Positions 11,396 through 23,207 of a stretch of 64,000 nt of DNA are shown here, one piece after another. Under the pieces are notes generated by a model. That model ran no database searches and was not told where the DNA came from. It saw nothing but the letters and a program-made list of their open reading frames with translations. Source of the DNA: Okamejei kenojei (Eukaryota); contig CM069150.1 in NCBI GenBank assembly GCA_035221665.1, positions 31,124,001 to 31,188,000 of the forward strand, read 5' to 3'. Numbering within the stretch: position 1 is the first letter of the stretch; the number at the start of each line of letters is the position of its first letter. A program made the position numbers and the translations under genes.

Positions 11396-12501
11396 TTAAT
11401 AGTATGTTTATGTATATTTTCTCTCTCCCTTCATTCCACCATGTCCAAACCCTTGCATTTTCATTGCCACTCTGTCCCAAGCCCCTGTTGACATTTGGAA
11501 ATAAAGTGGCATCCCCTCTACCCCATGTACCTCGTTAACACAAATTACCTCATCTCCCTGCCACATCTGGCAGATCCTGGACCACAAACTCTACATTGCC
11601 TCTCCAACAAATTCTTATTCTCACTGGGTTATCTCTCTGAACCTCACCCCAACGGCTTATCTGACTGTGCAAACCCCTACTCACAGACTGAATCTCACCC
11701 CACCCTGCCCCAAGTATCTACACATCACCACATCCCACCCCTCCAAATAAGAGTTTGTCTCTGCAACAAACCTGAACCAGCTGCTGGTTTTTCCTTACGA
11801 GTGCGTTTTAAGTATGCTGATGCTGTCAGCAGCTTGTGATACAATACTTGCTGAAACAAGACACTCACCTAGGCTACGTTAGCTAAACACAGCTGGGGAT
11901 AACTGGCTAGTATGTCTCCTGCCATTTCAACATGAGGATGAGGGGAGGCTCAGTTTCAGTTCCATCATACGCAGCATTTAACTGGCTAGAGTTTCTATAT
12001 GATTACCCAAGCCATTTGGCATAAAAACGCCCTACTGAATCAGTGCTCATTAGGAGAGGGGAGCAAAGGGAAATATTTGGAAAGTTATCACACTGGGCAT
12101 TTCCAGAATTTATTCCATAGTGGTGCAGCAGATAGTCGCTACCTCACAGTTCCACGAAGCTCACAATAAACTATTCCATTGCGCCACCACAACTGTTATA
12201 TATCCTCTGTTGCTATCATGTGTATATTAGAGTGATATATTAAATAGGACATCAAATGCATCTGATATCAAATCCCCAAATCCCTTAATTGCTGTAAAGG
12301 CTGAAGCACAAAGTGGCAATTTATAAGCTAAACTTTAAACTGAAGCTTTTAACCAGAGTCATTAAGCACATCAGAACAGAAGAGATTTTAATTTGTTTTA
12401 TATAGTAAATCAACGTGTAGTGCGCAGAGAAGAAAAACCCACTCATATCCTCACACAATTCTGATATGTTAACTTTGGTGGACATCTGACACATACTATT
12501 A

Positions 12502-12800
12502 AGGGCAGCACAGTGGTGGAGCTCCAGCCTCATAGGTCCAATGATCTAGGTTCAATCCGGACATCTGGTGCTGTTACTATGGAGCTTGGGAGTTCTCTCT
12601 GTGACTGAACGAGTTTCCCCCGGTTCTTCTGTGTTCCGGCATGACATGTTGGTCGATGTAACTTGTTAATAGTGTAGCGGGGTGGAGGATTAGATGGGAA
12701 ATGGGGAGAGGGGTGGGAAATAAAATGTAGGGTTAGTTTAGTTGGGCGCTTGAAGCCATCATTGAATTGGGCCACAGGAAGGAATTCCATGCTATATAAT
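12502..12800 (+). mobile_element. Degenerate HE1-like SINE
   Basis: gggcagcacagtgg head, B-box-like ggttcaatcc, core gttctctctgtgac..gtttcccccgg. Confidence 0.65.
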
Positions 12801-12841
12801 TTTAACTCTTTCAGAATATGAGGGTCTTTTGCCAGACTCAC

Positions 12842-13023
12842 CTTGAAACAGCCAGATAGAAGATTCCAAGTGAAGTCAGTGATATCCCAATGTGAAACAC
12901 CACTCCCACAGCTCCGTATTCTTTGAAGACTTGTTTCAGCTGCTGGGATTTGTTGAGCTTTTTATCCTCGCCGTCCTCCGATCTCCTGGCTTCATTCTCT
13001 GTCGGCCCATGTTTGCTAGCTGT
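12842..13023 (-). CDS. FAM210B: FAM210B exon 2
   Basis: Acceptor ccctcccccAG (13025-13024), donor AG|GTGAGT at 12841; encodes TASKHGPTENEARRSEDGEDKKLNKSQQLKQVFKEYGAVGVVFHIGISLTSLGIFYLAVS, matching the FAM210B motif K.QQLK..F.EYG.VGV..HIGISL.SLGIFY. Confidence 0.95.
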
Positions 13024-14109
13024 CTGGGGGAGGGACAGAGTGAGGAAGAAGATTATTGTAGGAACAGAATGAAAAAGAAACATCTCTGAATGAATTAAAT
13101 TAGATTCCTTGAGATAATTTAAGCAGTGGTTACATAAGCATAAAGTAAGTTGACGTCTTGTGTGGGCAAGAAAAACATGTGGAATCAGATACTGATTTCC
13201 AAATGGTTCACACATTATTAATGAAAGTCTGTACAGAAACTAGAAATAAACCTTATGCAGATACTGTCCATGTGAAAATAATAATAATTCAATTGGTCAA
13301 AAACCTCTATCTCCGTGTATTTTGGCCCTGAGGATACTAGCTAGGGATCTGCTCAGTTGGTGCAGATTTTAGTAATTGGTCAAAACGGAGAGAAAAAAAA
13401 ATATAAGGAAGATAGGTGGAAATATGACGCATAATGAGTGGCAGAGAAGTGCCACAGTTAATGCTGCTGCCTCACTGCTCCTGGAGCTCAGGCTCAATTA
13501 TGACAAATGGGATTGCACTCCTGGGGGGCTGATCTGGGCTGAATGGCCTCCTTCTGTATGGTTACAACACATGGGAAGTAGAAAGTGATGGAAGCACCCA
13601 GCAGGGTAATTTATACCCATTGAAGGAAACATTTTGAGCTGGTCCTGAGAAAGAACCTTTTGCAAACCTGGTGACTTGCCTCTTCTCTGTATGGACATAG
13701 GCTGGCTGGCCACATATCTCAATACTGGTATTATTACTGGTATTCTTTGGGTTTACATGCACTGACAAGTGAGTAGATCTGTTGAAGAACTGATCAGACA
13801 GTCAAAGGTTTGGAAAGGGCTGTGTTCATCACTTCATACACAACTCACAACTGGTCTTCCTATTTTGCCTGTACACCAACTCAAATCGCAGTACCATATC
13901 TTGCCACTTGGAGTGAAATTAATATCGGGGATGCTATTGAGAATCTAGAGGACACTCATAAGTAGCACAGTGGCCCGCTGTAGCTGTAGAAGGAGTGCAC
14001 TACCACACAAACTACCCCACCCACTCACCCCATCTATTTAGCAGTCTGCGGTTCCCACCGAGATTTCATCACCACCTCAGAATCCTCAAAACAGAAGTCA
14101 ATCTCAAGA

Positions 14110-14240
14110 GTGTAGGAAGGAACTGCAGATGCTGGTTTAAACTGAAGAAAGACACAAAAAGCTGGAGTAACTCAGCAGGACAGGCAGCATCTCTGGAGAG
14201 AAGGAATGGGTGATGTTTCAGGTCGAGACCCTTCTTCAGT
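14110..14240 (-). mobile_element. Penelope-type terminal repeat with hammerhead-like core (stem III mutated)
   Basis: Reverse complement reads ctgaagaagggtctcgacctgaaacatcacccattcc. Confidence 0.65.
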
Positions 14241-14241
14241 C

Positions 14242-15385
14242 TGCAGCGCCTCCTATACACATCTTTGATGGTGGAGAGGTCTGTACTGATGATGGACTGG
14301 GCCGTGTTCATCATTTTTTGTAATCTTCGTTCCTGGGCATTTGAGCTGTCGAACCAGGCTGTGATGTAACCAATCAATATGCTCTCTACTGTATATTTTT
14401 AGATGTTCAAGACAATATTCATCAACATTTCAAATCTTCGAAGTAAGCAGGGTCATTGATGGACTTTCTTTATGAATGCATCGACATGCTGGGTCTAGAA
14501 CAGATCGCTAGCTATATACACATCCAGGAACTTGAACTCTCTCCACCATCATCCCATCAATGAAGACAGGTTTGTGAATCTTCAGCCTTCCTCGCCTAAA
14601 GTCAACAATCAGTTCCGTGGTTTTACTGAGTTTGAAAGCAAGGATGTTGTTTTGGCACCATTCAATCAGACGATCGATCTCCCTCCTGTACTCTGACTCA
14701 TTGTTATCTGTAATCCATTTAAAAGAGGGGTCTTCAGGGAATTTAAGGATGGAGGTGGAACTGTGTTCAGCTACACAGTCATGAGTATAGAGTGAGCAGA
14801 GCAAGTGGCTGAGCACACTGTCTTGAGGTGCCCCTAAGCTGATGGTTATCGAGCAGTAAGGGCTGTTGCCAATTCATACCAATGTGTTCTGTTGATGAGG
14901 AAGTTGAGGATCCAAATGCAAAGGGATGCGCAAAGACCTAGTTCTCTGAGCTTGTCGACACATTTGGAGGGGATAGTGGTGTTGAACACCGAGCTGTAGT
15001 CTATGAACACCAGCCTGATGTACAGTATGTGCTTTTATTGTCCGAGTGGTTGTGCAGAGTGGAGAGCCATAGAGATCGCATCCCCATTGATCTATTGAGT
15101 TGGTAGGCAGTCGTGGAATTGTAGTAGGTCCAGGTTCTTGCTGAGGTAGGAGTTGATAGGCGCTATAACCAAACTCTCAAAACACTTCATCACCATGAAC
15201 ATTAATGCCACCAGTTAGTAGTCATTGAGGAATATCACCTTACTTTTCTTGGGTGCCAGTATTATTTGTGCTCTTTTAAAGCAATCGAGAACCTCAAACC
15301 TCAGTAATGTGAGGTTGCAGATGTCCACAAAGATTCCAGCCAGTTGTCCTGCGCAAGTTTTGAGAACGTAACCAGCAAGACCCAT
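14242..15385 (-). mobile_element. Degenerate Rex1/Babar-like LINE (RT and C-terminal region)
   Basis: Broken ORFs with NESEYRREIDRLIEWCQNN..KTTELIVDFRR and ITAWF..RRLQKMMNTAQSII; many stops and frameshifts. Confidence 0.75.
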
Positions 15386-17320
15386 TTAAGTGTAATCCTG
15401 TTCTGTAGACACTAACTGATCAGTTGCACAATTTGAAACTTTCACAGACCAGTTCCTGATGGTAAACGAGACAGGCAGTGTGCTGACAAATGGGAATAAC
15501 TGGCGGTCAGTCAGGAAGGTGTCTGTTCCTTGAGGGATGTTCCCCGACCTACCCTCTGAATAGGTTGGCCTGCTTTTTCTAATATTTAAAATGTCGCACT
15601 GTTCCCCTTCCTTCAACAGCAGTCTCCCGAGTACTCTGTAATTGTAGATCTGCCTGAAGATCTCAAACGCTTCAGAGACAAAACTGCTGCTGAAGAAAAA
15701 TTACATATATTTAAATATTTTCCCTAGCGTTAGAATCAAAGAAGTGGTATTTTTTAAAGGCAGGCAACTTTTATTTTTCAGCTCGAAAAGCAGGTCCTTA
15801 TAATACAACTAAACAACCACCTGCAGTGATTTTGCAAGTCCACCACATTTGCTTTTAAATGGGGTGTTTGTGAATCATTTAAAAAATCTTTTCTTTTTTA
15901 AAACAGAAAACAGGACTTTAAACAACTTACATAGCATTGTACTTTCAATGTATTAAATGTCCCAATGCATTCCAGAATTAAACATGAGCAATGAACAGCA
16001 GCAGAAGTGTCAGACCACTGGCAGGGTCAAAAAGCTAGGCTCACACCATCAGTACATGTTTTAAGTAGGAAATGTACAATTGACAGCAGGGAAGTTCTAA
16101 CCAACCAAACAAAGCTGTTCCTAACTAGTAATGCCACAACAGGTCACAAGTAGGTATGCCACACATCAATCACTGTCTTGGCTCTCGATAAAGCAGTTAT
16201 TGAAAATAAACTGTGTGCATGGAATCTTGCACAAATAGGGAGACTATTTGGAGCATGTATCTTCTCCTGCACTTTCAAGGCAATAAACAAACACAGGAAA
16301 GCAAGCAATTTAACTGCTGATAAAGAAAATGAACACTACAAATGTAATGTAGACTTAGATTTGTGAGAGTAAAGAAATCAGGTCACTGCAAACCTAGGGT
16401 GATACACATTATGCTGAACAATTTCTATTAGACTGGGTTAATACAGTGGATGCACAATACTGGTTCAATCTGAACTCACCAGCCTCGGGTATTGAATGAA
16501 CAAGTAGATTGATTCCACAATCAAATGATGATGAAATGAAAGTAGTCAAGCATACACTACAAATAGCCCGAGAAGTTAGCTGCCTTTCAGAAAAAGCACA
16601 GCGGGTGATAGCAACACCATTACTGGAAGAGGGCAGGAGGGGATAGGAAGCATCACGCAGGGTTCTAACATCTCTATGGTGTAAAATTGCCTGTGTGAAT
16701 AACCCACGTGAATAACAATTTAACTTTTCAAATCCGCATGCGCTTGGCATCCACTGCCCCAAAACAATTACCGAAAGACTGGAAGAAATCAGTCTTTAAA
16801 TGAGTAGGATTAACACAAGTTGACTTTGGCTAGTAGGGGAAGATGTCCTGTGTTGGCAGAGCCCCTGCAAACACAAAATGTCTGCAATTTACAGTGATAA
16901 TTTCAGAACAAAAATGTATGATTGTGAAGATTCTTTAATCACAGAGGTTCAGTGGGCACGAATTGTGGGCACTCATTCTTTCCTTCAGAAAGGCCATATC
17001 GCAGGGAAACCAGCACCTGCAGTTTCTTCCTTCACATAATGCATTTTGTTGCATGCACTAGTGCATTAGATGCCGATGTTTTTTTATAGTAATTTAAGAG
17101 TTGCAGCTTTAACTCTAACATCAGTCGGGTTAAGTTGTACAGGAGATTAAGGAGTCGCTGTAATTTTGCCAGCAGGAATGGTTGCAGCAAACTTTCATTC
17201 AACTCTTGAGAAATTTGTGAATGAATTTATGAGACTACGTGAAAACTACTTTAGTACGCAGCTAGGAGTGGTGTACGCAAAACAGGCAGATAGGAGTGGT
17301 GTACGCTCGTTTCCCTGGGT

Positions 17321-17374
17321 GGGGTGGGAGATTGCAACCTTCACGTGGTCCGCCCTGTTTCGACGAATGCAATC
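17321..17374 (+). ncRNA. Minimal HDV-like (CPEB3-type) self-cleaving ribozyme, predicted
   Basis: P1 GGGGTGG/CCGCCCT with G1.U wobble; P2 GATTGCA/TGCAATC; P3 ACC/GGT; L3 TTCACGT; P1.1 G17357; vestigial P4 T-TTCG-A; J4/2 CGAA with catalytic C17364. Confidence 0.85.
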
Positions 17375-17450
17375 AACCCGGTGCGCACAATCAAATAGAA
17401 CAAGTTGTTCTACAACTCTAGGCTGTGCACGCCATACGCAAGAAGAAGAG
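17321..17450 (+). mobile_element. 130-nt non-autonomous retroposon with ribozyme head, 3' hairpin and (AAG)n tail
   Basis: Perfect 12-bp direct repeat GTTTCCCTGGGT at 17309-17320 and 17451-17462; tail ccatacgcAAGAAGAAGAG; no recognisable tRNA A/B boxes; the right flank continues as an HE1-like SINE body. Confidence 0.85.
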
Positions 17451-19674
17451 GTTTCCCTGGGTGCTTCAGTTCCCTCTCACATTCCAAAGACACGCTGGAA
17501 TTGACCACTGATTGAGGTTAATTGACCACTGCAAATTGTTTGCTTGATGGGCGACCGAAGAAACAGTGAAAAGATGATGGATGTGCGAGAATTAGACAGT
17601 GAATGTGTGCACGCCTAGAATTGTTGGATTCAGGATGGGCTGAATGGCCTCCTATGTATCAAGGAAACAGGAGAATTGAGGATTTTGCTAATCCTGATAT
17701 TTACTCTCTTCAAAGCAGTGTCAATTTTCTAACTGGAAAGCTGTTTGCTTTCTGCTCCCACATGTTCTGCCAAATACAAAGAAGGATACATTGATCATGG
17801 AGCTGCTGCTTGGGATACATCCTATTGCAGAGCTTTAAGCAGAATTAATTTTGAAATTGGGAAGTTATAAACACTTGAAGGTAGAAATTCAGAATATAAT
17901 TGTATTTGAAACGCCATTGATAAAAGGACTGCAATTCTGCCACTGCACGGTCTTCCTAATATTGGATATAATGTGTGCAATGAGCACCCTTAAAAGAACC
18001 AGTCGTACAAAAACTAAGCTGTTCCACCAATGCCAGACTGAGGAATATTACTGTTTAATTGAATTAACTGTTAAATCAGTGATTAGTCTGCTTGCTCCTT
18101 GATTTCCAACAATCTACTTAATTGGAAAGCTTCTGAGGGAGATGTCCACTGCTTCCTTGTAACACCACAGATCCTGCTTTGCCTTTCAACTTTAAGTGAT
18201 CAGGCAGCTTATGTTTGAAAAGATCCTTCAGTTCCATTGAAATTATAGACCAGAATATTGCAGTGCTTAATGTAAAGAACTGAACAGCCCTCGGTGCAAT
18301 TCTGCGGCATTGTCAACGTAGCCCATTCGTGGACCACTGCTGTAAGGATTGTACAGGCACACTTTTAAATTATAGGGAAAAAATGATATGGGTACAGTTA
18401 AAAATGCAAGGCATAGAAATTCAAGCTTGGTCGCTGGTGCTAAATAATAGCAACTGCACAAAGTACCCAGCTTCAAAAATTCCACAAAGTGAATGGAACT
18501 GACCACAGAGGCAACACACAATGCAGAGCCATTATTATATAAAGTTGCTGAGTACTGCTGGCTGGGAATGAACCTCAAAAGTATGGACTCAATTGGTGGG
18601 TTTGATTGGACATGGCTTCTTCACTTCCACCACTTCTTGTACGGACCAGATACAGGGGTGAGGTCTGATCATCCTGGGCCAAACTCAAACTTGGAAAAGA
18701 CCAGCAAGTCCGCAAAAGGCACATTGCCGGGGTCCTGCCACAGTACACTTTCATAGTCTATCAAGACAGGCAAGGCTGAGAGCAGAGCTTCACCTCCCAG
18801 GGTATCATGTAATAACTGTTACAAATGTTTTAAATATTTGTATTTAAATTAAGCATTTAACCACCTATTAAAAGAGATTCAATTATAGTGTTTATAAAAA
18901 TAACCTGAACCTTTTTCTCATCTCCAGTTCATGAGGATTGCAGAGTCAAACACCAACATAACTCCAACACAATGAGCACCACATACTGGATCCTGTGGTG
19001 TTTTAACAGGATGGATATAGAAAGGATGTTTACACTTGTGGGAGAATCCAGGATATGGAGTTACTATTTATATACAAGGGATTGCCCGTTTAAGACAGGG
19101 CTGAGTGATGTTTGTTATCATTTCAGAGGGTCGAGAAGCTTTAGAAATCTCTTCATCGAAGAGCAGTAGAAGCGGAGTCACTTATTTTGAAGGTAGAAAT
19201 AGATTCTTGATAAGCAATGGAGCGGGAGGTTAACTGGGGTAGAAAGGAATGTACAATTAAGTTTGAAATTAGTTTATTGTCAAGTGTAACGAGTTGCAGT
19301 GAAAAGCTTTTGTTGCGTGCTAACCAGTCAACAGAAAGACAATACATGATTACAAACGTGCCATCCACAGTGTGGATACATGATAAAGGAAATATCGCAA
19401 ATAATGTTTAGTGCAAGATAAAGCCAGTAAAGTCCGATTAAGAATAGTCCAAGGGTCTCTCATGAGGTAGATAGAAGTTCAGGACTGCTTTCCAGCTGTT
19501 GGTAGGATGATTCAGTTATCTGATAACAGCTGGAAAGAAACTGTCTCTGAATCTGGAGGAATCGTTGTATTCAATGAGATTCTGCTGATAGACATAGATA
19601 TGCGGGCTCCAGATGCTTACTGCTGCTCTGTTGGACTTCACATGAAGTTGGGCACTGCATGCGGCAGCCGTGTG

Positions 19675-20367
19675 CGGACGTGGCGCCGATGGATGAGAAG
19701 CCGGAGCAAAGAAGTGGAAGCCCAATAACCGAATGGAAACAAAGCCGAAACGCCAACTAACTGAAAGGGTGGGACGCCTAAAAGCAACACATGGGGACTG
19801 GGCACTCTGAACCCAAGCACCAAGTTCCCGTCTCCACCGGCGGGAGGTTGGGGGTCATTTTCCCACACAAGCCATAGGTGACTGGGCCATCTGAACCCAA
19901 GCACCAAGTTGTGAGCGGCTGAAGGTGCGCATCCCTCTGGACCGCCCCCACTCTCCCACGGAAACCCTCCGCGGACTGTGGGCCGGGTGGAGCGGAAGTG
20001 TGGGACAATGTTCATCCCTCCACAGTGATGTGATGGATGCGGGGGTCTGGACCAATCGGACAAGTCCCGCCCCCCGGCAACGTCATGTCCATTGTTTGAT
20101 TCTTCTGTTGAGCGGCATTCGTTCCTTGGCTTTTAGGCGACGCTGCCTTTCAGGTAGGTAGCGTTTTGGCAGAGCGACCATTCGGTGAGTTTGCTTTTAG
20201 GCGACGCAGCCTTTCGGTTAGTTGGCTTTTAGGCGTTCCACCCTTTTGGTTAGTTTGCATTTAGGCGTCCCACCCTTCCGGTTAGTTGGTGTTTTGGCTT
20301 TGTTTCCATTCGGTTATTTGGCTTCCACTTCTTTGCTTCAGCTTCTCGTCCATCAGCGCCACGTCCG
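19675..20367. mobile_element. Non-autonomous foldback-type DNA transposon (CGG..CCG termini, 4-bp TSD), superfamily unassigned
   Basis: ~110-bp imperfect TIRs beginning CGGACGTGGCGC; TGTG on both sides (19671-19674, 20368-20371); 32-bp subterminal repeats in the right arm. Confidence 0.8.
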
Positions 20368-20614
20368 TGTGCCTGCGGCAACATCTATTGCTGGACCCAC
20401 CATGAATGTACAGCAAGATTGCATCTTATGAATAGCCAGCCATGTCAAAGCGGACACATTTGATTTAGATCCATCCTTCGCGCTCTGCAATACAACGTTG
20501 TTCAGTCTTACCAAAGCACAGCCTGCAGGATCCCCGTTGCTTAAATTTCAGTCCTCAAATTCAAGATAACTCAAAACTCAACAACCAAAATAGACTCAAC
20601 AGCCAAAAATCCGT

Positions 20615-20880
20615 CTGAAGAAGGGCCTCGACCCAGAACATCACCCATTCCTTTTCTTCAGAGATGGTGCCTGCCCCGTTGAGTTACTCCAGCATTTTGT
20701 GTCTATCTTCTGCCAAAATAGACCACAGATGCTGGAATTCAGAACAAAAACAAAACAAAACACTGGAAGAGTTCAGAAGGAGTGAAGCAGCATCTTGACC
20801 TGAAACTTCAATCCACCTTTTGCCTCCACTGCTGCTGCCTGACCAGCTGAATTTGTCCAATGTTCTGCTTTTTGTTCTAG
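20615..20880 (+). mobile_element. Two adjacent degenerate Penelope-type terminal repeats
   Basis: ctgaagaagggcctcgacccagaacatcacc..gagttactccagc, then a second diverged, partly inverted copy. Confidence 0.55.
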
Positions 20881-21634
20881 GCAACTCAGACTGTTTTGCA
20901 TTAATGATTTCTCTGTACTGTATTGATTCAATCAATACCGTAGGCCTGGAGGTTTGAGAGGGGGCAACTGCCTCGTTAACAGACCAAATGTATAGTACAA
21001 AACCCATCATCTATCAGAACATCGTTCTGAGATTTTAATAGCGTGGATGTAAATTATATTTGGAATAAAGCAGTGTAATCAACAAATTTCACTGTACTCA
21101 TTCACCAGGTGTTGGCAAGGCTTTAAACCACAGGAGACTGGTAAGCGGTTAGGATTGCTTTAACTTCCACACAGTAGCAGTGTGTTTCAGGTTCTTGTGA
21201 GAGTGTCGACAGACAGAATAAATGAGGCAATGAGTTGGTAATACTCCACAGGTCCCACAAAACGACTCACCCAATTAGAATGTGAATTCAAATATGGGTG
21301 ATCCATGATGTGGTCTTGCATTCCCTATCGTGGAGCCAAAGCCAATTCACAAAATGAAAAAAAATACAACGCAGGAATTTGGAAATTTGCAGCAAACATA
21401 AGGAAATATTATTGAAAGCTCTTTGACAAAACATTTCTCACCTCATTTACTTAATATTTCCCACATTTCCTGTATTCATAACACCAGCAGAAAAAAATGG
21501 AATGAAAGCCATAATTGCTCACCCGTGCCAAAATATGCCCCCTCCCATAAACACCCAAAGATGTCTAGGAGTGTACATACAGTGTAGAGCCTATCTCGGG
21601 ATATCTGGGGACAGAAGGTCTAGAACTGGAACAA

Positions 21635-21925
21635 GGGCGGCACGGTGGGAGAGTTGCTACCTTACAGCGCCCGAGACCAGGGTTCGATCCCGACTACGGG
21701 TGCTGTCAGTACGGAGTTTGTACGTTCTCCCCGTGACCGGGTGGGTTTTCTCCGAGATTTTCGGTTTCACTCCCACACTCCAAAGACGTTCAGGTGTGTA
21801 GGTTAATTGGCTGGTACAAATTTAAATTATAAAATTGTCCGTAGCGTGTGTGTGTGATAGTGTGCAGGGATCGCTGGTCTGGGCCGAAGGGCCTATATCC
21901 ACACTCTATCTCGAAACTACAAAAC
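21635..21925 (+). mobile_element. HE1-like tRNA-derived SINE, relatively young
   Basis: gggcggcacggtgg head, B-box gggttcgatccc, core cggagtttgtacgttctccccgtgacc, CR1-like tail gggccgaagggcct; CpGs largely retained. Confidence 0.85.
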
Positions 21926-22117
21926 TACACTAATTATTATGCAGAGTATTCATTTTTAAAGTTAAGCGTAACTTTTTGTTTTTGAACAATATATCTCTAT
22001 TATCTTACCCTTAAAGCTTCAGGGATCCCTGTTACATTTGACGCCCAACTTCCATGTCCCGGAGAATGTCATAATACCCAGGATGGGAAGACAATAAAAC
22101 CCATGCACCCTTACAGT

Positions 22118-23207
22118 CTTCTTCGAGTCTGTTGCAATCTCAGATGTTGTTCTGCCAGTACCTGGCGTAAGTCACAGCTGGTCGGGTCGGTTCAGCCAGG
22201 TCCTGGGGGCTGCACTGGGGGGCGTCGTCACACTCCAGTAGGTGGGACATTGTCTGTACTGCTCTACAGCTGCATGTGTCTTCTGCCTGGTAGTTCCATG
22301 CTTTCACAAGTGCTTTGCACCTCCACTGCTTCACTCGTAATCTGTTGAGGGTCTTCCAGGTTGGCCATGGGAGGTCGTGCCCGCTGGCGAGGCATTCAGT
22401 CGGAGTGATTCCTCTCTCCATCCAGTCGTGAGCTCGTGTGTTGAGCTGGTTCCATTCATCTTTCCAGATGTTGGTCCTTGCTGTTTCTTTGGTTGTCTGG
22501 AGAGGTGGGACTGTCTGCAAGAAACTGGTGGTGCTGTGTGTCCGTGCAGGGGGTGCCTGGTATCGATCTCCTGTGCTCTCCGCTCGTCTTGGGCGACGAT
22601 GGATCGTCTGATATGGGGGGGGGGGGGGGGCAATACCAGCTAGGGCGTAGAGGCACGGGACTGGCGTTGTCTTTATGCATCCCGTGATAATGCGGCAGGT
22701 GCCGTGAGGGCTGTGTCAACCAGTTTGGTGTGGTGGGAGCGGCTCCAGCTTGAGCACGCATATTCAGCTGTGGAGAAGCACAGGGCTAGGGCAGTTGCAC
22801 GGATGGTTGGTGGATCAGCGCCCCACTTTGAGTTTACCAGTTTGCGCAGGATGTTGTTGCGAGTGTTGGCCTTGGCTTTGGTGTTCTGAAGGTGGGTTTT
22901 GAAAGAGAGCGTCCTGTCGAGTGTGACTCCAAGGTACACGGGGTGGAAGGGGTTGGAGAGTTTGTGGCCATCCCATGAGACGCTCAGTTGTTTTTCTGCA
23001 TCTCGATTTTTAAGGTGGAAGCTGCATAGTTGGGTTTTTGATGGGTTGGGTTTCAGGTGGTTGTTATTGTAGTAGGTTGTCATCTCTTGGAGGGCGCTTT
23101 CCAGGACAGACTCGATCTTCTGGAAGTTCTCCTGTTGGGTGGTGATGCAGAGGTCATCAGCATAGATGAAGCGGCGGCATTGTGGGGGAAGTGGTTGGTC
23201 GTTGGTG
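22118..23207 (-). mobile_element. RTE-X/RTE-like LINE, 5'-truncated, with 7-bp TSD
   Basis: TNDQPLPPQCRRFIYADDLCIT (RT YADD motif), YLGVTLDRTLSFKTH, WKTLNRLR and C-terminal CSC..QTMSHLLEC; tail ..ctcgaagaag; TSD TTACAGT at 22111-22117 and 23208-23214; frameshifted. Confidence 0.85.

Noticed and set aside
13024-13215. N-terminal part of ORF 12838..13215 as the FAM210B start
   Set aside because: It runs through a clear polypyrimidine tract and AG acceptor; a better first exon exists in the CpG island.
17263-17306. 16-bp direct repeat TAGGAGTGGTGTACGC just upstream of the ribozyme element
   Set aside because: It lies outside the TSD, so it is not part of the element; likely a local duplication or the end of another repeat.
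20128-20319. Regular repeat with variable middle, superficially CRISPR-like
   Set aside because: Units are contiguous 32-mers without unique spacers, they lie inside a TIR element with a TSD, the DNA is vertebrate, and there are no cas genes.
21635-21710. tRNA-like sequences at SINE heads (also ~31160-31228, ~42768-42840)
   Set aside because: A/B-box remnants of HE1-like SINEs, continuous with the SINE core and tail; no complete cloverleaf.
22131-22141. 11-nt match (GAGATTGCAAC) between the RTE-X 3' end and the ribozyme J1/2-P2-P3 segment
   Set aside because: Too short, and at opposite ends of the two elements; compatible with chance.
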